Positions 41,671 to 55,202 of a DNA stretch of 64,000 nt are shown here, in pieces (the first letter of the stretch is position 1; each line of letters starts with the position of its first letter). A program made the translations under genes and the position numbers. The stretch spans positions 9,672,001 to 9,736,000 of the forward strand of contig NC_043015.1 of assembly GCF_006345805.1 (NCBI RefSeq). The letters are read 5' to 3'. The notes beneath the pieces were generated by a model. That model was not told where the DNA came from, ran no database searches, and saw only the letters and a list, made by a program, of their open reading frames with translations. The DNA comes from Octopus sinensis. Lineage: Eukaryota.

Positions 41671-42697
41671 TGAGTAACGTGCTTCTATAGGTATGGCAAT
41701 ATTGTGTCTAAAAGATAATTGCAAAACAAATCTAACGTATATATGAGAAATAGAACGTAGCCAATAGATTTCTCAATGGTTATACCAATCAATTAAAACT
41801 CCCTTAGCTATTTAAATAACGCTAATGATTATAAGATTTAATACGGTTTGGTGGTTTTACACTGATTCCGTGTTTATATAACATTCTTTGTCGCATATGT
41901 GATACACAGAAAATGTCTATGCTTTCGGTTCGTTGAGCAAATCATTGTGCCTGATTAATTAGCTTCACTGATATTACAAACAGATTCAATCACATTAAAA
42001 TACATCTCGAAGTTTCCCGTCGTTCTGTATTCTCTACTTTATCACGCGGTAAAATTCCTCAGATATAGTCTAAGTTGGAATGATTTGCTTACAACTTTGC
42101 TTGAATCAATTATAAACAAAATGTGCGTCTTTGTTGCGCTATTTAACTAATTATCATTCAGCCTAGCTATTTTGATATAACTATAAATGAATATGAGCGT
42201 GTGTGTGCGCCCACATACACACAAACACACACACACATAGATTTATCCACAGTTAAACGTGGGTGTTCGGCTAGAACAAATAATACTGTGGCAATTACCG
42301 TGAGAGAAACTCACGTAATGTTTTATGGTGTAAAATTCAGACTTATTTATATTGCAAGCGGGGATATACATTCCCTTTTCGCCAAGATCAGCAGTTCACG
42401 GGACTTCGAACATCCTTGGTCTTGTCAATATGGACACACAGCAAGTGTTAGCAATGATCCATTTCCCTAACAGACGTGAATCGCTCTATGTAATACTTGA
42501 GATTTTTGTATGGTGCTTGGCATTCCAGAGATATCTTACTTCACAACATAGCTCATAGCTTATAGTATAAAAGTAAGAAATACTAATAATCATGTACGAT
42601 CTTATTGTGGTATGCTGATGACAATTTAAAATCTTTCTCCTTTCTTGAAATTCTAAGATAATCATACTGACACCGAGTTACAAAAACACAAATCATG

Positions 42698-42832
<135 letters not shown>

Positions 42833-43974
42833 TATATATAAGAGAGTTTGTATGAAAGTCTGGGTGTGAGAGCATGCTCCTTATGCATTCCAAAACCGAG
42901 TTACAGATTTTGTCGTAAAGGGTATCAAAACATTCAGTAAGCTTTTGGCTACGATCTAAACTATATTTTCATTCACGTATTTGCATTACAAAAACTTAAC
43001 ATTATCATTTTTCCTTTAGTCACCTATCGTATACAACATTTTATAGCACCACAATAATGACGATGACGCCCCATTTACTATATGAGACTGTTGGCACATC
43101 CATTACCTACGTTGGGCCGATGACTGACAGTTATGACGGTGTATGTGTCTGTCAGTATACATGTAGTTTTGTGACGACTGACACACAGACACACACACAT
43201 CTAAAGAGAGAGACAACCACACATCGGGACAGAGATAGGCTAATGTACGTGTGTGTGTGTCTTTGATTATGTATGTAATCCCCTCAACAGTGAAATGCGC
43301 CGATATTGAAAGTTTTCTTGAGGCCTGGATTTTAAACATCAACATTCACTTTCAAGTACTATCAACATGAAGATTTGGTTGAATTAACACCGCTCACAAT
43401 ACTCCCATATATATCTGAAAATATATTATTTGCTTATTATAACAAATTCTGTAACTTGGCGAAGTAAAGCCACAGCGGCTCTTTCAATATACTTACAGAA
43501 ATATTATTCCACTTCTTCTGACCAGTTTCAAGATAATCTTCTTTTAACAATTCTGGTATTCTTCGTCAGACTGAGTATCAACGTCACAATCCATTTTACT
43601 CCGTCACTCAGTATTTATTTTACCGCCTATAATGTTACACAATTCAAAAACAGCATCTTCCTTTTTAAACACTTGTTTCAGCGTTCATTTCAAATTTGTA
43701 AAATAAATTATTTTTGTATAAAAATTGAATTATGACTTTCTTGTAATTTCACTTTCTTTGCCGTGGAATTGATTCAATCGTGAATTTTAGAACATTTAGC
43801 ACACGTTCCAAATAACTGCTAAATTTCTGTACTTCCTTACATTGGTGACGCATACTAACTTTCGCTAACTTGGTGACAACTATTCTTCTTTTGCATAACT
43901 ATGCTACAGAATGTAGCACCTCTATTGACTACATTTTGTTTCGTTTGAACTTCGTGTGTGTATATATATATATA

Positions 43975-46007
43975 TTTTCTAGTTTCAGCTCAGAGCTGCG
44001 GCCATGCTGATGCACCGCCGTTTTGTGATACACTGTTATTGCGACGAACCTCGTCTAATATATGGCACTTGGTGAAGAATGGAGTTTCATACAGCTACTC
44101 TCATTTGCACCTCTTGCCGTGAGGTAGGTTCATTTCGGACTTCCGACAGGAAGATGTCCAGCTTTGATTTAAAAACCGCTACATATACTTAGTGCAAGTT
44201 CCTCAGACTCTTTGGGAGAATATTAAAAAGCTGTGGGCCCTTGAAACCCAGGCTGTTGCAGAAGCTGGTCCTGAAGCGTGATGGCATTGCTGGGATCTTT
44301 GGCACTATGCAGTGTCGTCCCGTTCTAGCATTGGTTTAGCTTTAAATGCCAAAATTTGGCACAATTCCTTCCACGATCTTCCAGACATATATTACTGCAT
44401 ACCTCTCTCGTCTTCTCTCCAGGGAGTAGAGTCTTAGATGTTTCAACCTTTCCCAGTAGCTGAGCCGTTGCTAAGAGACGATCTTCTTTGTAAATCTTCT
44501 CTGGATTGCCTCAAGGTCCGCTGTTAATCTCACACTGGTGGGTGACCATAGCTGTGAGCAGTAATCCAGGCGACTGAGGACGAATGTCCGCCAGAGGATC
44601 ATCATGGTTTCTTTAACTCTGGTTCCGAATGTTCTTAGGATCCACCCAGCCAGTCGTCTGCACTTTGTCGCCATCCTGTAAAAGTGGACTTGGAAAGAGG
44701 TATCATCACTCATGTCGATACCCAAGTCCCTCACAGACTTAGGCTCTGGGATTGAAATTCCCTGTGGACCGGTGTATCCTGTAAGTTTAATATTCAGTTT
44801 TCGGATGTTGGTAGCGCAGGGCCTGGAATTTTTCAGCATTAAACTGCATATTATTATCCTCAGCCCATCTGTAGATTGAGTCCAACTCCTGCTGCAGGTG
44901 TGCAAGATCACTGGGGTTATGTATTTTCTGCGAGACTTTCGTATCGTCTGCATAGCTGGCCAGAGTGGCTATCCGGGCATTTGAGGGCATATCTGAGAGG
45001 GCCACTATAAAAAGCAGTGCCCTGTGGAACACCGCTCACTATTTGTGTGTTCATAGAGGTGGCTCCATTAACCACTACTGCCTGACTCCTATCTTTCAGG
45101 AAGTTAATCAACCACACTCCAAGTTTTCCAGCTATGCCGAGGTCACGTAGTTTGTGGCATATCATACCATGATCCACCTTGTCAAAAGCTTTTGCAAAAT
45201 CAAGGTAGATTACGTCCACATTTGATTTGTTGAGTAACTGCCTCAACACCCAGTCATAATGCTGTAAGAGCTGGGCCAGGCAGCTCCTACCTGGTCGAAA
45301 ACCATGCTGGGTATTACTCAGCAAGTTATTTTCCTCAGGGAATGCGATTAGTTTCTTTCTGACTATCCTTTCTCTGACTTCACACATCAACAAAGTCATG
45401 GAAAGGATAGTCAGAAAGAAACTAATCGCATTCCTTGAGGAAAATAACTTGCTGAGTAATACCCAGCATGGTTTTCGACCAGGTAGGAGCTGCCTGGCCC
45501 AGCTCTTACAGCATTAGGACTGGGTGTTGAGGCAGTTACTCAACAAATCAAATGTGGACGTAATCTACCTTGATTTTGCAAAAGCTTTTGACAAGGTGGA
45601 TCATGGTATGAGTTTCCACGAAGTGCTATGCATAGGGCTTGATTGCATGCAGTAAGATCTCTCAGGAAAGAAATTATGCTTGTATTTTGATGCAACAGGC
45701 CCCCAATATTTAGTAAAAGTATTGGGGTGACGGCTGTGCAGGCGTTAGGGGAGGCCATTCCGTGTCTGTTGACAGTGGTGGTCTTGCATAGTGGTGGACA
45801 GGGTTCCTTCTCTGTGCTTGGTGTAGCCAGGTTAGCTGCCGGACAATTCTTTCCGCCATGCATAGAAAATACTCTTGCTCAGCTGCTGCGTTGCGCAGAA
45901 CATCTGAGGAGAGCAATTAGTTTTTGAAAGTTTTCCTGGGAGACATTTCTTGTGTTCCCTCGGTAAAGTTTTTCTCTTTGAGTCCCCTGAAGTTCTGGCG
46001 GGGTGTA
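43975..46007 (-). mobile_element. CR1/L2-group LINE, internally deleted and rearranged, between (TA)n tracts
   Basis: RT motifs QHGFRPGRSC, VIYLDFAKAFDKVDH, GVPQG, YADDTK, SRLDYCSQLWSP. Start of the APE domain (LLLNIGGL..ALCIAL.ETH) at 45612-45730. Segment 45371-45611 is inverted. Confidence 0.92.
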
Positions 46008-46220
<213 letters not shown>

Positions 46221-47153
46221 CCACCACGACCGCAGTCATATGGCTAAAATGCGGAAAAATGAAAAGTGGATGCGTGTGTATGTATGTATTATAGTGTCCA
46301 AATTATCATCTACATATATGAAAATAAGGCGAACAGGTTTTATGGTCAATTGTACATATGTTTTCCATCATGTTCTCAGAAAATCTCACAAAGAGAATGT
46401 AGAAGATACCACTCATCACAATACGGGTAGATATATATATCAATGCATGTGCTTGCGAAGCTATTTTTATAGAGATTCCGTATAAAAATATAACGCACTT
46501 CATGCAAAACACCGGTATAGTGCGTTGTGCAGTGGAATTGAACTCAAAACTACGTGGTTGGCAGTTCTTTGTATTTATTTACTCATTACTGTTTCCATTT
46601 AGTATTAAAAAAATATCACTTTCATCACGTTGCTTAGATGCCATACGATATATTAGTTGTGTGTCTTATTACAACATGACTGTTACAGTTAACACAATGT
46701 TATTACTATTTTTTTTTCTTACGCCTGAGCTTTTGCTCTTTTTTTTTTCGAAAATGAAATGTTCACACCTAATATATGTGCAAGTAATGCGGATATAGCA
46801 TGGTGAAGTCAATTATTTTATTCGAATGTTTTTTCGGTTTTATTTTAATTTTGGTTTTCTTTATGAAATTCTGTTAATCATTATTAATGATTATTTATAG
46901 TACTTCTTTTATGATTTTAATTCTCATTTTTCTATAATTCTCTTAAGAATATAGGGAAATTGTTACACATATTTAATCGTTTAGTTATTTACTTATATAT
47001 CTGAAACACATTTCCGTGATGTCGCCAAACGAACGTCGACATTTTGTAGAAGTGTATGGGCATGAGTATATAAAATTCAGGAGAAATAAGAATTTTAGTT
47101 CTATAGTGTAACGCATATTTACATACACACACACACACAAATACGCATTTATA

Positions 47154-47207
<54 letters not shown>

Positions 47208-47214
47208 AATATAC

Positions 47215-47256
<42 letters not shown>

Positions 47257-47348
47257 AGATAGATATATATATATATATGTAGGTCCCGGGTTGATTCGGG
47301 GTTAACCACAGTAAATAAGGTACTCAATACATAGCAGAGTAAAATTAA

Positions 47349-47478
47349 TTTATTATATAGAAGGAGCTTCTACAGGACTAGAACTGTTTCATTCAAGAGA
47401 AATCTTCAGGAAGCTTCCTGAAGATTTCTCTTGAATGAAACAGTTCTAGTCCTGTAGAAGCTCCTTCTATATAATAAA
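47349..47478. repeat. Perfect 130-bp palindrome with a hammerhead-like core on each strand
   Basis: 65-bp arms with no spacer, centred on aagctt (47411-47416). CTGAAGA-tttctcttgaat-GAAAC-agttcta-GTC at 47418-47451. Confidence 0.92.
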
Positions 47479-47667
47479 ATATATATATATATATAGATAG
47501 ATAGATAGATAGATAAGAAAGTTGGTTTGTGAAAGCTCGTAGTTGAATATATAGAAAATAGTAAAAAGTGAAAAAACTACAGAAGGCTTAAATGTTAAAA
47601 AATATATATTTGCATCAATATGTCTGAAGAATATTAAAAAAATGTTTTCTCTTGTAATGACATAGTT

Positions 47668-47706
<39 letters not shown>

Positions 47707-47750
47707 AGTATTATTACATCTCAGAGCGAGATGTAAACAGTAACCGCTCG

Positions 47751-47976
47751 ACGATGCAAAGTATAAAAGCCATCTCAATATGGCTAACCACAAAGTGGGG
47801 GTGTTACTGTAGCTTTTTAGCCCCAGGAGATCATCGTCTGCAGCTGACTTGAGACACTTCAAGGGCACTGAAAGTTTGTCTAAAGCCAGCTGGAGACGAT
47901 GGGCTAAAAAGCTACAGTAACACCCCCCCAGTTTGTGGTTAGCCATATTAAGATGGCTTTTATACTTTAGTATCGT
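47751..47976. repeat. Foldback element with ~90-bp inverted arms
   Basis: aaagtataaaagccatct.aatatggctaaccacaaa..gggggtgttactgtagctttttagccc..catcgtct.cagctg is mirrored from 47887 to 47976. Confidence 0.88.
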
Positions 47977-48012
47977 GGAGATGATTTGGTGTTCATCTTT
48001 ATTTGTACAATT

Positions 48013-48430
48013 ATTTATTAAACCACCAATATGTGAATTAGGTATTAATCTTTATTTTGTACAACGATCGTTTCGATCCATCCTATTACTGTGGGACTCC
48101 GTTCAACATGTTTTGTTGCATCTATTTTGCAGTCTGGCTCTCGTCAGGCACATCCACACATAAAGCTGTGTCACGCTAAATATCCTGAATTTTCATTGTC
48201 ATTTTGTTATATAACCCTAACCGCCTGGTTCGCGGTATATGCACATCTGGTTCACGAGACGTAACTTTATGTATGGATGCAGCTGATGAGAACTAGACTG
48301 CAAAAGTGGTGCAGCACAACATGTTTAATGGAGTCCCACCCATAAGGGATGGTAGCAGTTAGGTTGGAAACGACTGTTGTACAAAATAAAGAGCAATACC
48401 ATATTCGTCCTCTGGTTGTTTAAGAAATTA
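48013..48430. mobile_element. Inverted pair of diverged pLTR-like units, each with a hammerhead-like motif
   Basis: Arms ~48013-48175 and ~48255-48428 (ctttattttgtacaac/gttgtacaaaataaag; gtgggactcc/ggagtcccac; ttttgcagtct/agactgcaaaa). Confidence 0.8.
48059..48151 (-). ncRNA. Type I hammerhead ribozyme motif with an extended helix II
   Basis: Minus strand: gtgc CUGACGA gagcc..ggatc GAAA cgatcg UU gtac. Helix I gtgc/gtac includes one GU pair; palindromic helix III CGATCG. The mirror copy at 48283-48382 (+) has CTGATGA..GAAAC but damaged helices. Confidence 0.6.
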
Positions 48431-48604
48431 TTATTATTATCTCAACTAAAACTGCGGAGGCCCTGAAATAGATCCAACATTTGACACCATGTAACCCAAA
48501 TCATGCCAGTGCTTTCCTCGTACTTCAACACACTTATTGGCATATATCTATTAGTCCAAAATATTAAATATGCATATATATATATATATATATATACATA
48601 AATA

Positions 48605-48791
48605 ACGTCGCCATGATAGATCGTTAGCCACTACACATATTTTTTTCTCTCCTTGTTTTTTTTCTGTGTCCCTTTTTGTAGAAAAGCGTAGACTCAAAAT
48701 TGTTCTATTCCTGAGCGTTATACTAATACATCTGTTTGTCATGTACACCACCTGTCTTCGTCTTTTGTTTTTTTTTCGTAAATTCTCCCTA
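48605..48791 (+). mobile_element. Second copy of the 37713 short element
   Basis: Colinear with 37713-37901; flanked by (TA)n. Confidence 0.75.
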
Positions 48792-48801
48792 TATATATAT
48801 A

Positions 48802-49170
48802 GAAGGGGCTGGCACAGGACGTCCCGAATTTAAGGCTACCGAAGATTCGGGCTTTAATAACTATCAATCAATGTTAGATATCAAAATCATATCAGGATAA
48901 AAGCATAGTGTACCGTTTTTACGTCCAGGCTAAAATAATCTAGATTTATGAATTAGATAATGGCTATAGACCCAAATACAATTATAATCATCCACAACGT
49001 AGTCGAAATTAATACAGCTATAGCAAAAAAGCTGAAAATTAATCGAACAATGATGTAAAAAATTGTAAAGAAATTTTAAGAGACTGGTTCACTGCTATTC
49101 GACCAGTTGAAAAAGAAATGTGCGGAGACCTCAGATTATCATATGTCCCACAGGAAAAGACGGCGAAATC
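48802..49170 (+). mobile_element. Tc1/mariner 5' fragment
   Basis: From ATG 48960: MAIDPNTIII..AIAKKLKINRTMM*KIVKKF*ETGS, resembling a transposase HTH with stops. Confidence 0.6.
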
Positions 49171-49182
49171 AGAGAACTATAT

Positions 49183-49228
<46 letters not shown>

Positions 49229-49230
49229 AA

Positions 49231-49232
49231 AG

Positions 49233-49284
<52 letters not shown>

Positions 49285-49285
49285 G

Positions 49286-49328
<43 letters not shown>

Positions 49329-49390
49329 GGATAGATAGATGGATAGATGGATAGATAGATAGATAGTTAGATAGATAGATAGATAGATAT

Positions 49391-49440
<50 letters not shown>

Positions 49441-49441
49441 G

Positions 49442-49472
<31 letters not shown>

Positions 49473-49534
49473 GGATAGATAGATGGATAGATGGATAGAT
49501 AGATAGATAGTTAGATAGATAGATAGATAGATAT

Positions 49535-49609
<75 letters not shown>

Positions 49610-49610
49610 T
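49231..49610. repeat. (GATA)n microsatellite with a higher-order duplication
   Basis: The pattern of GATG/GTTA/TATA variants at ~49300-49400 recurs ~144 bp later. Confidence 0.95.
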
Positions 49611-49901
49611 ATTTGCGTATCTAACAAGAAGAGATAATAATCAAAGAAACGATTATTTTATGAACTTCATTAGCTTGCTGCTTTTTCCGATCTAACAAGC
49701 AGTGGCACCATGTTCCTTCATCAGAGATTGGAATTCAACTATGAACCCCTTATTTCCTAAGTTTATTCAATTATTGGCTTCTTCTCTCCCTACCAGTCGC
49801 TACTCGACGAACAGTTCGTTCAGAGCCGTAAGTACATTGATTTCTAGAGACGGATACTACAATGCCTAGGTATATATATATATATATATAATATATATAT
49901 A

Positions 49902-50485
49902 TATAATTAATTAATAAGGGTGAGAGAATTAGATACTAATTTAATAGTATATTTATTCCACACCAAGGCCTAGTGCTAAAATTATAATAATCCAGGTTTC
50001 TCATAGCACTAGGCCACTTGGTGTGGAATAAATATACTATTAAATTAGTATCTAATTCTCTCACCCTTATTAATTAATTATAATTATGCTGCATTTATTT
50101 CTAAATGCTGTATTTGTTTCCGTGAGAGTTTTGGCGCGCTGTTGGTTGGGGCATTTGAATTATAACGTCGGTTGTAATCAATTGAACCACACGCGTATTT
50201 ATCGTTATGGTAAAATCTGGCGTGTGATTGAGTGGATTTCATCCAGATAGTCTTGGCTGACGAGCTACAAATGGATTATTGTAAGTAATATTACATTTAA
50301 TTCATTAATAGCGAAACAATTGTCCCAAAATAATCTGTATTTTTGTTATTTTTTATTTGCCCTGTCCGTGTGAGCTAACAGTCGTACTTGGCTTTCATGG
50401 GAAACATGTATTTTCGTGGTTGAAACCTTTTGGATTAACTGGTGCTAGAGTGATCAATATAGTGACCACTCTCTTATATTTATTT
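49902..50485 (+). mobile_element. Penelope-like non-coding element with an inverted 5' end and a hammerhead, between (TA)n tracts
   Basis: Perfect 66-bp inverted arms 49902-49967/50017-50082 plus an inner stem gcctagtgcta/tagcactaggc. Hammerhead at 50253-50328. Confidence 0.75.
50253..50328 (+). ncRNA. Type I hammerhead ribozyme motif (appears intact)
   Basis: ttgg CUGACGA gcta..tagc GAAA caattg UC ccaa. Helix I ttgg/ccaa, helix II gcta/tagc, palindromic helix III CAATTG, GUC cleavage triplet. Confidence 0.85.
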
Positions 50486-50521
<36 letters not shown>

Positions 50522-50839
50522 GTATATATGAATTTAATTATTAATGAGGAATTATAAATCCTGGTATATTACTTTATAACTCTCTTCTAGTATACCAGGT
50601 TAAATACATAGCTTAGGTTATTATAGATCATCGCGTATTCTTATGCCAGGTACGGTAGTTATGTTTCATTACTATTCTATATATTTAGATCCATGTGTTC
50701 CAGTTACACTGCTTTTTACACAGAGATATATAGAAGACAAACCATAAATAACAATTGTTCCATATTTATTGTGTAGTACATTTGACTTACATATTTTTGC
50801 AGTTGTCAATATAGCTTCCTTAATGACATATTTACTCAC

Positions 50840-50889
50840 TTAGCCAATGGATCAGTTGAAAATTAGTGTTACTTTCGCTAGAGTCATTT
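50840..50889 (-). CDS. Possible upstream exon NDSSESNTNFQLIHWL of the 40-41 kb gene
   Basis: ttgtttgtagttag acceptor and TAA|gtgagt donor; its phase 1 end is compatible with the 41172 exon. Confidence 0.35.
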
Positions 50890-51330
50890 CTAACTACAAA
50901 CAAGAAAACAGAAAGTATGGTACAAAAATGTAGATGGGGGTGGAGATTGACAATATGTGTAATTATAAGGTGAGTGTCAGAGAGATAAAGAAGGAAAGTG
51001 GAAAAGAAGTGATGGCTTGGAAATGGAGAAATAAAGAGAAAGGAAGAAAAGAAGGGTGCAAGAGAAAGTATCATTAATTTTATCAAGGTCGTTGAATTCT
51101 TCTCAATCAGCCAATGTGCCGAATGCGTAATCATATCAATAATGAACTGTTAATGACTACTTGAAACAGCTGTAAATCCATTGTACTATAATATATAGAT
51201 AATCACTTTTACTTAAGCCTTACATTATGTATGTGTTGTGTCTGCACGCGTGTATATTGCGAGTTGTAGCGAGTCAGAGCAAGAGAAAGTGAGAGAAAGA
51301 TAAATACATATAGATATATTTTATTTATTT

Positions 51331-51597
51331 ATGCGCCCATTTCAAGCCTAGCCAGCTCATGGGCCCGGTTTCCCGGTTTCTAAGGCGTATGTTTTCCCCC
51401 CAGCCGGACGGAACGCTAGTCCATCGCAGCGTTACTCAAGAAGCAGGAAGAAAGAGTGAGAGAAAGTTGTGGCGAAAGAGTACAACAGGGGTCACCACCA
51501 TCCCTCGTGGAGTTCTAGGTAATTTCACTCAATAAACACACACAACACCCGGTCTGGGAATGGAAACCGCGAGTCCACTTCCCTAACCACTGGGCCA
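51331..51597 (-). mobile_element. tRNA-derived SINE family C (V-SINE-like body)
   Basis: Tail ctagccag.ctcatgggcccggtttcccggtttcta.ggcgtatg and agtccatcgcagcg are shared with 56085-56336. tRNA head tggcccagtggttaggg on the minus strand. Confidence 0.8.
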
Positions 51598-51620
51598 AAC
51601 ACACACACACGCACAAACAT

Positions 51621-51652
<32 letters not shown>

Positions 51653-53154
51653 GTGTGTATGTATGTATGTATGTATGTATGAGCGTACGGTGTATACACT
51701 TCTAATTTTACAATGAAACCCTAGGCCAAAACCCTCATATTTCTGATTTATATGTCACACATGCAGCATAAGTGAAATTTTGAATTTTGAACAACTTTTC
51801 ATTGCTTTTACTGGTAGAGTAAACGATCACTTAAAGGCTCCTTTATTGCTCGTAAATTTAGCACGCTTGTATGTTAAAAATCAACCATTTTAACATCGAA
51901 ATTTAAATGTGTTGCATTGCATTCTTCTCACCGCACCCTTCCTCGTTCGCTCTGTGCATCTGTTCACTGATACGCATATGATATACTTGAAATTCCCATA
52001 TATAAAACTCTTTATATCACTACGCATCCATATACACAGATGCATACCTCAAACTCATTGACTCGTTCACGTTACATTTGTAAACGCATACACCGCATAC
52101 GCACATTATTTGTATAAAATATTTATTTATCTAACGACACACTAGTCGTAAAATCATTGTCCATGGACATACCTTGAAGTCATATTGCAGTTTATACATT
52201 TATTATCTTTAAATGTCTTCATTTTTCAATAAATATAGAATCAAACTAAATTCGAATGGTTTCAGGCGCTTATAAAATACATAATAAAACCGTTCAATTT
52301 TTAGAGAAAACACGAAGGGAATGTTCAGTTAAATTTACATTTATATTTCACAGAAATAGAAATCTAATCTAGAAAGAAAGAAATTGCGAGGCTTCAAATT
52401 AAAGATTGCAAATAAGAATCTCAAGCAGCTTTTTGACTATAACGTTATTAAATAGATTCTCGAACATCGTTTCAATATTATTCAACTCAAAACTGGGAAA
52501 CAAACCAAATGGAAGTATAATATGATTTTATAATATATTTTCTTTTCTGTTGTGTTTCATATACTTGTTCGATTTGTTTTCGCTTCGTTTTTCGTTTTGT
52601 TGTTCTTCTCATTAATTTATTTTCGGTGTTGACTTCAAAATAGCTTCTTTTCCATTAAATCCGTTTGAAGTTACAAAATTAGATTATGGAAAGCGTCGTT
52701 TTATCCAATAGTAGCTGACCGGCTTGTGATGAAGAAATGTAGCCAAAATAGTAAATATCATATCTTGTAATTAATTAAGTGTAGAAAAGAAAAGAGAACT
52801 CATGTTGGACACATATTTTTGATGTCAAAGCATGCTATACAGGATCCTTCCTTTGTATCGCAATTCAGTTATTAACGCCAAAATAACTTTTGTCTTTTGT
52901 TGCTGTTGTTGTTGTTTTTTTATCAAAGCGTGTGTTTTCAACATTGATTTGGATTTAGAGCGTGCATAAAAAGGACAAAAAATATAGCACCTCGTTGCAT
53001 TATTTAGAGATAATGATTATTTGCGTGATACTTTCACCTACTTTGTGTTAATATTCCTTTAAGAGAGAGGTTGGACATATTTTTCTATCCTAATTAATTA
53101 TCTGATTGATAATTATCCGACGCAAGTGTAAGATTTACCGATAAAAAAAACATG

Positions 53155-53437
53155 GTTGTGATGACGACGACTATGATGAAGTTGAAAATGATTATGATGA
53201 TGATGTAGTGGTGATGATGATGATGATGATGATGATGATAGTGATGATGATGATTAATATTATGATGAGGATGATGACGGTGGTGGTGGTTGTGGTGGTG
53301 GCGGTGGTGTTGGTGGTGGTGGTGTTGACGATAATGATGAGGAGGAGGAGGAAGAGGAGAGGAGGATGTCGACAATGAAGCTTACGACGGCGGTGGGGGT
53401 GCTGACGATAACGATTATGACGACGACGATGGTGATG
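53155..53437. repeat. Mixed (GAT)/(GGT)/(GGA)/(GAC) trinucleotide low-complexity tract
   Basis: Direct observation. Confidence 0.9.
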
Positions 53438-53854
53438 ATAAAAATCTTTTTTCGGAAAATCATAATACTTACATTAGATTTAAAAATTTAAGAACATCCA
53501 TGTTAAGTAACAAAGTGAACAACAGAAAAATTACTGTCGTAGCATTGGCAGAAGTTCAGTGTGCGTGTAATTTATGATATAGCTATTAATTATTTTTCTC
53601 TGAATATCCTATTAATATATCAACAGTCTGGACGGTGTGCTTAGTTGAACAACCGATTAGATACAATAGTAGACATTCTTCTAGGATTATATTACCGTTT
53701 TCAATAGGTGAGGGAATTGAGTGCATTCATAATACCTTGAATATCAAACATAAAATAATAATTTAGAATCGGGTAGCTAATGACCTACTGAGAATATAAA
53801 TAAATAAGTCGGAAGCAAAGGTGAGATCGGACACCCCAACACTTTTTTCTTTTT

Positions 53855-54152
53855 TGTAAAGCTTATTACTTATTCTATCGTACTCTTTAGGCGAATCGCT
53901 AAATTACGAGGACGAAAATAAACCAATACTGGTTGTGGAGCGGATGTGAGGGGATAAACGCATACACAATGTCAGATACTCACATATACGCACACACTCA
54001 CACACACACACATTCACGAATATATATGCAGCATGCTTCTTTCAGTTTCCTTTTACCAAATCCACTCACAAGTCTTTGATCAGCCAAAAGTTATAATAGA
54101 TGATACTTGGCCAATATGTAACTGGGAAGCAAACTTCTTACAGACAGCAACA
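53855..54152 (-). mobile_element. Diverged SINE family B copy
   Basis: tacttattctatcg..cttctttcagtttcc..accaaatccactcacaag matches family B. Confidence 0.75.
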
Positions 54153-55202
54153 CTATATACCTGTGTATGTGCGTTTATATATCAGCATCTAAACACACGC
54201 ACATACCTGAACACACGCACGCATACATACATAGATACATACATGTAATGGAGAGAAGTTATAGAGTGACGGAGGGGCCGAGAGTATTGAGCGTAGACAC
54301 TCAACAATTTGCTTTCAAATAACGTGTTAAAATTATATGTTCGTGATGATTTTATTTAGGCGGATAATTTTAGAATAATTATAATTATAATTTCTATAAT
54401 GTCACAAGGATAACTCTAAATTTTTAAATGGCCTTCCCGTTCCGCGTTTCAATAATGAATAAATAAAGCATATAGAATATTTAAATATATATATATATAT
54501 GCTTAAGCACAGGCACATATATACACAGGAGGTCTGATATATATTTGCATATATATTCACTAATATCTTTAGATTTTCTTTAATTACTTATTTGTTTCAG
54601 AATCATGTTTCAGGCAAATCTTTTGAAGAATATATAAATAATGCATATATAACTATAATTGGTTTCGTAATTTGCTCTAGAAATACAGCTAATTATTGTT
54701 ATCATCAATGTATAAATTTAACTCCGGGATATCAAAACAGTTTGATAAGTGTCAACTGACGAATATCTCGGCCCTTGAGTTACTCTGTAACTTCTGCCAT
54801 TTATAACAAAAACCATAATTTGTATACTTTCATTTCTGAAAAATTCATACAAATCTATCTATATATATATCTATCGTTTCCAAAATTCCATCTAACATTT
54901 CCAGAATCCTATCAACTGAAATCGCAGCTGCATATTGGAAATATTAGCTCCGCGATTTAAGAAAAGAATTAGACTATTTTAAATTATTTGGAATGCACTT
55001 CATTTTAGATCATCTATCTGAGGAAAATAGTTGATTTGGAATTGATATAATATACTCATTAATCAACTGAAGGATCTGCTAAAAACGGCCATAATGTGTA
55101 AGAGGCAAATAAAAAGCATTAAACTTTTCCTCATTAGACCTTAAATTATAAGGCGTGGAAAGATATCAACAAGTAAATCGGGTATAGGCGAAATTTTCCA
55201 AT

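Noticed and set aside
42314-42473. Possible minus-strand exon
   Set aside because: Stops in all three frames between the plausible splice sites.
47751-47976. Possible ribozyme in this foldback
   Set aside because: No CUGANGA/GAAA core found; kept only as an inverted repeat.
51163-51176. GAAAcagctgTA half-motif
   Set aside because: No upstream CTGANGA or helix II.
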